The notes below the pieces were generated by a model. That model was given only the letters and a program-made list of their open reading frames with translations, did no database searches and was not told where the DNA came from. Shown here piece after piece: positions 24,294 to 30,951 of a stretch of DNA of 30,951 bases. The position numbers and the translations under genes are program-made. The first letter of the stretch is position 1. Each line of letters starts with the position of its first letter. Source of the stretch: a virus; IMG/VR virus record IMGVR_UViG_3300037509_000067, positions 1 to 30,951 of that record, one strand, 5' to 3'.

Positions 24294-24768
24294 CGTCCTC
24301 ACCTCTTTGGCGAAAAAAGGCAGGGTTGCCTTTGTAGTCCCTCGCCTTTTCTCCTAATTTCTCCAGAAAGAGGCTGGAGTGATTTTCGACAATCTCCATT
24401 ACCTTGTCTGAATCAATCTCAGCGGCAGCATCAGAAGCCTGCCTGAAAGCGTCAACATAGTTGCCGACCTCTTCTGTAACTTGCTTCGCTAGATTGCCGA
24501 TAGGATTATCCAATTTAGGTGTTTTCGTTAATCGGTCTTCTTTTGGCTTCCTTGCAGCTGGTTTGCGCTTAGTTGCTTTACCGCTTCCATTGCTTACTGC
24601 CAAACCATTGCTAATTGGCTGAGCCTCTGGTTCAAGTTCCGCTGCGATCGCCTTTGCGTCAGCTTCTGAAATCTCCCCATCTAACCCGTACTCATTGAGC
24701 TTGGCTTCAATTGCACTATCGGGAACTGTCTTGCCTTGCTCTAACAGAATCGACTTAATTCGTTCCAT
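24250..24768 (-). CDS. Hypothetical helical protein, first gene of the operon
   Basis: 172 aa ORF. Confidence 0.75.
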   Translation of the reverse strand: MERIKSILLEQGKTVPDSAIEAKLNEYGLDGEISEADAKAIAAELEPEAQPISNGLAVSNGSGKATKRKPAARKPKEDRLTKTPKLDNPIGNLAKQVTEEVGNYVDAFRQASDAAAEIDSDKVMEIVENHSSLFLEKLGEKARDYKGNPAFFRQRGEDDAGAAFGISFTAEA

Positions 24769-25212
24769 ATATTACCCCGCGCTTACTGTATTTCAGTGAT
24801 GCACTGTGTTTACTGAAATTACTGTAGTTCAGTGACAATGCATATAACGCCGTCATTTTGTCGCGACAACAAAAATGTCACAAAGCAGAGAATGCGTGTT
24901 AAGCCGTGACACCGATCTTGCATGCTTTCAAGCTGTGACATCATGCCGAAAAACGCAGAACAATGGAACCCGTAACGTCTGGCATCGCTTACGACTCAAA
25001 GCTTTGTTGTAACAATACTTTTAATTGTTCGATTTCAGTGACGTGCCGTGACTAATGCCGCTTTAGCCAATTTGAGTATTTGTCCAAATACTCAAAACAA
25101 GAAGGGGGTTGAGCTTCGACCATTACAAAATAACGCCCAATTGGATGTCTTTAGCAAAAACGGCGCGACGATTCCACAAACAACTCCGCCCGCTAATTCT
25201 TGTATTCTGAGC

Positions 25213-25239
25213 AAAAAAAATACCCCTCGATTGAGGGGC
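25213..25239 (-). terminator. Intrinsic terminator
   Basis: GCCCCTC-AATC-GAGGGGT followed by A and a T8 tract on the minus strand. Confidence 0.75.
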
Positions 25240-25263
25240 TGAAATTGCAATGGATTAACTTTT

Positions 25264-25716
25264 TCAACTCGCAATATCAATCCACCTTTGCACCTCTGGG
25301 TGAGGGATGGGCTTGCTCACTCCAAACTGCAATTTATGCTTTTCCGCCCATCGGTAAAGAGTCCGGATAGTAACTTTTCTTCCCGTCACTTGCCTGATAA
25401 GATTCGGTAAGTCTCGCCCAGTCGCCTGAGCGTAAAAAGCCTGGTCAATCTGTTCTTGCAATTGTTGGTGAGTGTAAGGCGTCAACTTAAGCTGTTGTTT
25501 GACATGAACATATCCAATCGCTTTCCTTGGATGCGACTTTTTCAGGTACGCCAGGGTGAGTAGGTAAGTAGCTTGCTCAACTCCCACGACTCGACTCCAC
25601 TGCTTGACCTTGCAAATCCTCAGCCACTTTCGCCATGCTCTTTCGGAAAGGCAAGCTCCATAAACCTGATCAGATGCCATTTTGACCCATTCGAGGGGGT
25701 ACTCATTCTCTTCCAT
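25264..25716 (-). CDS. Putative DNA-binding protein with two HTH-like repeats
   Basis: LSERAWRKWLR and VTIRTLYRWAE. Confidence 0.6.
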   Translation of the reverse strand: MEENEYPLEWVKMASDQVYGACLSERAWRKWLRICKVKQWSRVVGVEQATYLLTLAYLKKSHPRKAIGYVHVKQQLKLTPYTHQQLQEQIDQAFYAQATGRDLPNLIRQVTGRKVTIRTLYRWAEKHKLQFGVSKPIPHPEVQRWIDIAS

Positions 25717-25937
25717 TACGCCACCTTCCGTGATTGTTCATAAAGAGCAATTGCTCGTGCCGCAATTGGTGAGGGGTTGATTTGCCCAGACATCCAGCGC
25801 TCTACCGTGCGTTTGCTAATACAAAAAAAATCAGCTGCCTCTTGGTAACTGGCGCAGTTGGAATAAATCCACTGGCGAATATTGACTGTATCCGCGTCAA
25901 AGTGCGGTAGACCCAGCTTCTGTTCGCGTGCTTTCAT
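25716..25937 (-). CDS. XRE/Cro-like HTH regulator
   Basis: SYQEAADFFCISKRTVERWMSGQINP; GGAGG RBS. Confidence 0.85.
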   Translation of the reverse strand: MKAREQKLGLPHFDADTVNIRQWIYSNCASYQEAADFFCISKRTVERWMSGQINPSPIAARAIALYEQSRKVA

Positions 25938-26101
25938 TGAAGTAACCTCCAGAACTATTGGTGGTCAGTGTCTTTGGACACGAGGCGATCGCTGTTGTGG
26001 AAGACGGGCGATCGCTTTAATGTGTCTGCTGAGATTATACATCCTTTCCATGACAGTACCGTCACCCTGTGAGACAATTGATTCAAAACTCATAGGAAAA
26101 A

Positions 26102-26632
26102 ATGACACAAGATAAACCACTGACGAGTTTAAAGCTCCGTCGATTCAATGTTTCTATGCTTCAGGAGGACTACGACAGATTAACCGCTCTATCTATCCGC
26201 AACACAGTTAACCGCTCCAGTATGGGCTGGTTAATCCTGCACCAATGGCTAGATGACCATGACGCAGAGCTGAGAGAACACTACATGCAACTGTCTTATG
26301 GGCAAATGGGACGAGACATCGCAGAGATAGAACACGAGGTACTGGGTCGCTACAAACGCATGTCTAGAGCAGGAATTGAAGACCTAGAAGGGCAAGGTAC
26401 TGTCAAAGTGAAATTTTCAATCCCTAGCTGGGATAACCGCCGCCTCATCGGACACGCATCTATGCAGGATGTAAACAAGCCTGAAATGTGGAGGCGGGCT
26501 GTACTGCCTTGGCTAAAATCCCAAGACGACGCGATCGCCCGATTCTGGCAGTCAGCTTGCGAGTGGCTGGGTAAGTCGTTAGACGAAACGAAAGCCCTGC
26601 TGATTCAGGATTTTGACCAGCAGGGTAGGTAA
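26102..26632 (+). CDS. Putative tandem RHH-domain regulator
   Basis: Internal repeat RFNVSMLQEDYDRL...ILHQWL / VKFSIPSWDNRRL...AVLPWL. Confidence 0.6.
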   Translation: MTQDKPLTSLKLRRFNVSMLQEDYDRLTALSIRNTVNRSSMGWLILHQWLDDHDAELREHYMQLSYGQMGRDIAEIEHEVLGRYKRMSRAGIEDLEGQGTVKVKFSIPSWDNRRLIGHASMQDVNKPEMWRRAVLPWLKSQDDAIARFWQSACEWLGKSLDETKALLIQDFDQQGR

Positions 26633-26657
26633 ACAGATTATTGAGGAAGGTTAGGGT

Positions 26658-26859
26658 ATGACAAGATTCACTGCCGCCGAAAATAAGACTAAAGCGCTCT
26701 TGGAGGTAGAAGCCGCTAAAATGAATTACTTGGATTACAGGGTTGAAAAAAAAAGATATTGGGGTTTTGCTTGAGCAAATCAGTTACGGTAATAATCCGG
26801 AAGCTGCTGCTAGAGATATTATTTTACACGTCCAAAAGTTTGGGCGAGAGTTCATGTAA
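26658..26859 (+). pseudogene. Small ORF frameshifted in an A9 run
   Basis: Removing one A from 26746-26754 gives a continuous 66-aa ORF ending ...HVQKFGREFM*. Confidence 0.45.
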
Positions 26860-26861
26860 AA

Positions 26862-26904
26862 TATCTACCCTGCTCATCCGTACTTTTGATGAGCAGGGTA
26901 GATA
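26862..26904. terminator. 17-bp stem hairpin between convergent genes
   Basis: TATCTACCCTGCTCATC-N9-GATGAGCAGGGTAGATA. Confidence 0.65.
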
Positions 26905-26951
26905 GTGCGATCGCCTAAAATAGAAGCATTAGATGCACCCGATGACCGCCG

Positions 26952-27356
26952 CTACAACAGCGGTCTTTTTTTGTGCTGGGACTTCACCGAGTAACGATAC
27001 TTTGCAGCGAGTCCGCTTCCGGTTTCTCTAATGGAAGCAATCTCCTCGCGATCCAACAACCCTTGCTTTGCCAACTTTGCACAGATAGCCGATACCGAGT
27101 TTGGTTTAGCTAATCCAAGTCTCTTTTCTATCTCTGGAGCCGTTGCCGACCCCAGCTCGATCAGGATCTGGAAGATATCCTCAGTCAAACCCTCTTGTCT
27201 GCCGTTGTAGCTGTAATGAATTGGTTCAACTGGTAGTTGCAACGCCAGCGATTGGGCTTGATTGTAGTAGGGTGATCGCTTATCGAACTTCATCAAGGCA
27301 GACTTAATTATCTGCAACTCCTCTGATGCGAATTCCCAGCTAGTTAGTTCTCTCAT
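26952..27356 (-). CDS. Protein with C-terminal winged-helix domain
   Basis: IFQILIELGSATAPEIEKRLGL....VSAICAKLAKQGLLDR. Confidence 0.75.
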   Translation of the reverse strand: MRELTSWEFASEELQIIKSALMKFDKRSPYYNQAQSLALQLPVEPIHYSYNGRQEGLTEDIFQILIELGSATAPEIEKRLGLAKPNSVSAICAKLAKQGLLDREEIASIRETGSGLAAKYRYSVKSQHKKRPLL

Positions 27357-27358
27357 TT

Positions 27359-27730
27359 CTACTCCTCCACGAACACACCATTCGGTGTAATCACTACTGA
27401 CTTCGCGCTGTAGATTGCCTCACCTGTTTCTGCGTTGTAAAAGTACCCTGCCTTGTACGGGTTATAGCTAACCTTGAGTCCCTGAACTTCCGCGACTTCC
27501 GCTACAGCTTCTTCCAGTGTCCCTAAGACGAAAGCATGAACGGTCTTGCGCTTCCGGGCTAAGCAGCGACTGCGTCCTGCTTGACTAACTTGGAACTTGA
27601 CATCGGTCAACCTGACTTGCTGGGCATGACCCGTAATGAGTCCTTTCTCCATGACTGACAAGCACTTGGCTTGCAGATTGCGATAAACCTTTACTTGTTG
27701 CTGGATGACTTGAGGTAATGGACGTTTCAT
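27359..27730 (-). CDS. Conserved phage-type hypothetical protein
   Basis: VYRNL...F.VSQAGR.R...VHAFV.G...YNPYK motif recalled from phage proteins. Confidence 0.7.
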   Translation of the reverse strand: MKRPLPQVIQQQVKVYRNLQAKCLSVMEKGLITGHAQQVRLTDVKFQVSQAGRSRCLARKRKTVHAFVLGTLEEAVAEVAEVQGLKVSYNPYKAGYFYNAETGEAIYSAKSVVITPNGVFVEE

Positions 27731-27785
27731 GACTATGATTGAGTTGAGTTATTTATGAACCGAGAGTGTAGATGCACCTCGGTTT

Positions 27786-28019
27786 TTATTTACCGAGCTT
27801 CTTCCAGATTGTTTTGGCTTCTAGTTTTTCTCGGATTTCGCTAGCGCTGTAAATCACTTCACCGGTTCCATCAATTCCAAAATGCCACCCGGTAATGAAG
27901 TCGTACTTTATGGCTGTCGCCGTTGCGCTAGCGGGACTCAAGTCAAAGCGGTAAACCCCGTCTTTTACGATGGCTTCGGCTTGTACAAATCTTTCTTCGT
28001 TAACTGTCTGTATTTCCAT
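27786..28019 (-). CDS. Hypothetical protein
   Basis: 77 aa, directly after the promoter. Confidence 0.65.
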   Translation of the reverse strand: MEIQTVNEERFVQAEAIVKDGVYRFDLSPASATATAIKYDFITGWHFGIDGTGEVIYSASEIREKLEAKTIWKKLGK

Positions 28020-28050
28020 AGTTAGCACATACTTGGGTTGAATTCTCTTC

Positions 28051-28080
28051 AGTATGCGCTAACTTAATCAACAACGTCAA
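28051..28080 (-). promoter_or_regulatory. Sigma70-type promoter
   Basis: TTGACG-N18-CATACT in the intergenic gap. Confidence 0.6.
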
Positions 28081-28108
28081 TACTTAGGACACAGTTTTTA
28101 GAAATTGC

Positions 28109-28324
28109 TTACAGTAGCGATAGCTGAATTCCCCTCAATCCGTTAGGATTACTTATTTCCATATCAGGATTCGACCTCTCACCCACTTCCCCCTCCTCTG
28201 CCACTCGCCACTGATTCGCATAGAACCGACTGCCACCCTTCGTAATGCAGTAGTCAGAGTGAAAGTGGGCAACATCGAAAGCCCATCCAGCGCAGAAATA
28301 GTGCTGCGTGATGATGATTCTCAT
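28109..28324 (-). CDS. Hypothetical protein
   Basis: 71 aa; ATGA overlap. Confidence 0.6.
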   Translation of the reverse strand: MRIIITQHYFCAGWAFDVAHFHSDYCITKGGSRFYANQWRVAEEGEVGERSNPDMEISNPNGLRGIQLSLL

Positions 28325-28950
28325 TTTGCAGTCTCCACATAAGGTCTAAACGTCAGATTAATTCGCTCTTCCACCGGCTTTGTTGTTTTACAAAGTCGAT
28401 GCACCCAATTTTCTTGGCACCCAGGAAGCATCAGAATTAAGCTGCCATGAGCCAGATCGTAAGTGACAGACTCTTGCTTAATTGTTTTGTCCTTAGGCTT
28501 GAGCTGGAATCGGCGTGTTCCCCCAAGGGAGATAGACGCGATCGCCGGTGCAACACCCATGCTCTTCTCATTGTCTGAATGCCACCCAATGTGGTCGCTA
28601 CCAGAACGGTAGTAGTTGCCGATGACTAGCTGATAACGAAAGCCTGTTCCCTCTACGTTAAATCGAATATTGTGAAGCATCGGCGTCCAAGGCTTTGCGA
28701 TCAACTCCACACTCCCAGAGTAAACATAGCGATAATCACTATCGCCCTGCATCATCTCTAGTCGTGGTAAATCGATCCATTTCCCCAGCATCCTGATTTT
28801 GTTGTGCTGCCAATCCAGTTGTTTACAATGCTCGTACAGTTGATCTGCAACAACAGCAGGCAGGAATTCTGGGTAGTACTTAACTGGGGGTTGCTCATGC
28901 ACCCAGATTACGGGCTTTTCTTGAGGAAATAGTTCTAATTGTTCAATCAT
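28321..28950 (-). CDS. alkB: AlkB-family 2OG-Fe(II) dioxygenase (ALKBH2/3-like)
   Basis: NYY...D.IGWHSD, IASISLG..R.F, HGSL..M, WVH, RINLTFR. Confidence 0.92.
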   Translation of the reverse strand: MIEQLELFPQEKPVIWVHEQPPVKYYPEFLPAVVADQLYEHCKQLDWQHNKIRMLGKWIDLPRLEMMQGDSDYRYVYSGSVELIAKPWTPMLHNIRFNVEGTGFRYQLVIGNYYRSGSDHIGWHSDNEKSMGVAPAIASISLGGTRRFQLKPKDKTIKQESVTYDLAHGSLILMLPGCQENWVHRLCKTTKPVEERINLTFRPYVETAK

Positions 28951-29309
28951 GGACGATTACCCTCCTCTAGTTGACTTTTGCCTTCCACTACAGCCACAGC
29001 CGCGATCGCTGGTTGATGTTGTGCCGAATCCAAGTACTCCAACGTGTCGTCCCCAAAATCTTCTTCGTCCCAGTTATCAACCCCGACAATGCTTTTTCCG
29101 TACTCCTGAATTAGGTAAGGAGGGATAAGAACGGTTATAGGCAACCGGAACACCCATTGACGATAACGTCGCCACCGCCAAAAACAAATAGGGGATTGGA
29201 GTCTAACAAGGCAATCTTCGGTGCCAAACCGAGAATGAGCGATCGCCCAGAAAAACACTTTCCACTCAGAATAGGGAGTTGTGTAGAAGCCAGCGGTAGG
29301 TTTAGCCAT
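28947..29309 (-). CDS. Hypothetical protein
   Basis: 120 aa with overlapping start and stop coupling. Confidence 0.6.
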   Translation of the reverse strand: MAKPTAGFYTTPYSEWKVFFWAIAHSRFGTEDCLVRLQSPICFWRWRRYRQWVFRLPITVLIPPYLIQEYGKSIVGVDNWDEEDFGDDTLEYLDSAQHQPAIAAVAVVEGKSQLEEGNRP

Positions 29310-29619
29310 TACTCTCACTCCCTGCGTAAATCAGTTCTCTAATCAGCTCAGCCGCCCGGACTCCATAACGACTTGCGGTCGCCGTGTTGTAGCTTATTCC
29401 GTCCGGGACTGGAACGAGAACAGCGTCAACAAATTTGGCATAGTCAAATCCGCTCAAATCATCAAGGAAAAAGATAAGATGAACCCCGAAAAAACAATAA
29501 AATTCTTCAGCCCTCGCCTCCAATGCCTCTGCTACTTTGATATTTTGCTGTCGCATGAAGGCGGGAACGCCAGGATTGAGCAAGACATCCTGGATTGAAT
29601 AGGGTAGCGGGTTAGCCAT
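29302..29619 (-). CDS. Hypothetical protein
   Basis: 105 aa; GGAGGTGA RBS. Confidence 0.7.
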   Translation of the reverse strand: MANPLPYSIQDVLLNPGVPAFMRQQNIKVAEALEARAEEFYCFFGVHLIFFLDDLSGFDYAKFVDAVLVPVPDGISYNTATASRYGVRAAELIRELIYAGSESNG

Positions 29620-29959
29620 TGTTCACCTCCTCCTCCAGTTCCTTGTCTACCGTTCCTAAAGCTTCTGGACATTCCTCTCTAACCTGACCCAATAACCCCA
29701 CCCCTTGCAAATGCCCATAAACCAAAGAGCCTGCTAGTAAGTTGTAGGTGTCGTAAACCATTCGCCTGTACTTAGCTTCATATTCTTCCACTTCTGCCTT
29801 TAATTGGTCGCGAATAATCCGCAATCCATTAGACTGGGCTTTCCACAGTACAGGGTGAATTTCTGGGTCAGGGGTCGTGTCCTCCAGTGATTTGACACTT
29901 TCCTCAAACTTGGCAAGCTGCTGTTTCGTTACTCGGTATTGCTGATAGTTTTCAATCAC
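29612..29959 (-). CDS. Hypothetical protein with N-terminus like some XRE/antitoxin regulators
   Basis: MIEN.QQY.VTK.Q...F...L.AEVEEYE; no HTH seen at the C-terminus. Confidence 0.6.
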   Translation of the reverse strand: MIENYQQYRVTKQQLAKFEESVKSLEDTTPDPEIHPVLWKAQSNGLRIIRDQLKAEVEEYEAKYRRMVYDTYNLLAGSLVYGHLQGVGLLGQVREECPEALGTVDKELEEEVNNG

Positions 29960-30134
29960 TTTCTACTTTCCTATTGGAATAACGTGAACATAACTGAATC
30001 ACTTGAACTAAGTTGATGCCGACTTGATCAACCAAACTTCGATCGATAGGATCAATTACCCTAATCCGCTGCTCTTTCCTGTCCCAGCGCACTTCAGTGC
30101 CGGTGCTGTCATCTTTGAAGTAGAACCAGTTCAT
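29952..30134 (-). CDS. Hypothetical protein
   Basis: 60 aa; ATGA overlap. Confidence 0.6.
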   Translation of the reverse strand: MNWFYFKDDSTGTEVRWDRKEQRIRVIDPIDRSLVDQVGINLVQVIQLCSRYSNRKVESD

Positions 30135-30487
30135 GCGCGATTGCTCTCCTCTATCCATCCATCAGGGCTACTTGGAAGTAATGTCCACCACTGCGGAATC
30201 ACTAAAGTTTCATCACTGTGAATTGAGGCATGAAGCACGCGATCACGGCTCCAATCCCATCCCGCTGGAAAATATCGAGCAAACGAATAACGCCCCAGGT
30301 GTGGCACCCGATTGTCGTATACCAAAACGGTGATGCCGATTGGTGGGAGCGCTTGCGTGGTTTCAGTCCAAGTCATTGAGATTGCCGGGGATATATCCGC
30401 AGCTCGTTGCAAAAAATACGCACCTAATTCACAGTTAATCTTTGCCTGTTGCTTAAGTTGTTCAATTTCATCTGATTCTAGAGTCAT
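30131..30487 (-). CDS. DUF551-like phage protein
   Basis: WTETTQALP....VLVY...W...WTLLP..P. Confidence 0.6.
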   Translation of the reverse strand: MTLESDEIEQLKQQAKINCELGAYFLQRAADISPAISMTWTETTQALPPIGITVLVYDNRVPHLGRYSFARYFPAGWDWSRDRVLHASIHSDETLVIPQWWTLLPSSPDGWIEESNRA

Positions 30488-30491
30488 GGTT

Positions 30492-30809
30492 CTATGTCCT
30501 TAAATTACGCTGATTTAATGCCTTGCCATTTCCGTAGTGCCTTTCATAAATACCACTGACATCAAACGGTTTTGGGCTTAGCTTGGACTCAATCTGCCGA
30601 ATCTTTTCTTCTAGTGCTTCCATCCTAGAAAGAGTTACACCACCGACACTTGTTCCATCGCTTAGCTCTTGTTCGATACCGAAATATTCAGCCAGTATTA
30701 CAGTCATCGCTTGAGATTCTGAAAACCCGCGCTCTTCTGTGAACTGCTTCAATCGGTCTTTAATTGGCTGTGGAACGTAAGCGGATACTTTAGGCTTGTC
30801 TGTTGACAT
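30492..30809 (-). CDS. RHH/CopG regulator with coiled-coil
   Basis: KVSAYVPQPIKDRLKQF.EERGFSESQAMTVILAEYF. Confidence 0.8.
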   Translation of the reverse strand: MSTDKPKVSAYVPQPIKDRLKQFTEERGFSESQAMTVILAEYFGIEQELSDGTSVGGVTLSRMEALEEKIRQIESKLSPKPFDVSGIYERHYGNGKALNQRNLRT

Positions 30810-30950
30810 CTAACTCTCCTCTGTTGCTTTGATAGCATCCAAGATTTGATTGTATTTCCCTGTTTTTAGCTCTCTTATAACTCGCTCGATCAATTCAGAG
30901 CGAGTCAAACGACACGCATCTGCCAACTCCTCAACACCCTCAGAGGCAGT
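30810..30950 (-). CDS. RHH-like protein (5'-partial at window edge)
   Basis: EELADACRLTRSELIERVIRE...ATERS*. Confidence 0.6.
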   Translation of the reverse strand, partial: TASEGVEELADACRLTRSELIERVIRELKTGKYNQILDAIKATEES

Positions 30951-30951
30951 A

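Larger units (their letters stand above)
2280..29246. repeat. Dispersed HIP1 octamers (GCGATCGC), about 29 copies
   Basis: Counted by eye, e.g. 2280, 3214, 3742, 5721, 9271, 11127, 11153, 17053, 17085, 25985, 26008, 29239; fewer than one expected by chance. Confidence 0.92.

Noticed and set aside
24783-24835. LexA boxes
   Set aside because: CTG-N5-CAG spacing fits neither the E. coli CTG-N10-CAG nor the cyanobacterial GTAC-N3-GT type box.

Overview
Accessory region of a cyanobacterial mobile element (prophage, phage-plasmid or ICE-like). I counted about 29 HIP1 octamers (GCGATCGC) by eye in 31 kb and saw no capsid, tail, terminase, integrase, replicase, RNA or CRISPR genes. Recognisable content: a complete IS605-type element (divergent tnpA/tnpB, both ends definable), two KilA-N proteins, a DinD/Bro-N protein, several XRE/RHH regulators, two HNH nucleases, an AlkB dioxygenase, a low-affinity iron permease family protein, a DUF2778/L,D-transpeptidase-like putative lysin, and DUF1653, DUF551 and DUF1064 proteins. 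Two unexplained systems stand out. (1) A repeated regulatory cassette: three paralogous small RHH genes, each flanked by two palindromic operators, whose TGA stop lies inside the -35 box of a strong downstream promoter driving small, often acidic cargo genes; a 51-bp hairpin repeat follows three cargo genes, and operator sequence co-varies with the RHH beta-strand. (2) A minus-strand operon of small membrane proteins ending in a membrane-anchored FtsK/HerA-superfamily ATPase plus an HNH protein, reminiscent of Streptomyces Tra/Spd spreading loci. Several broken genes suggest decay. All family calls come from motif recognition, not database searches.
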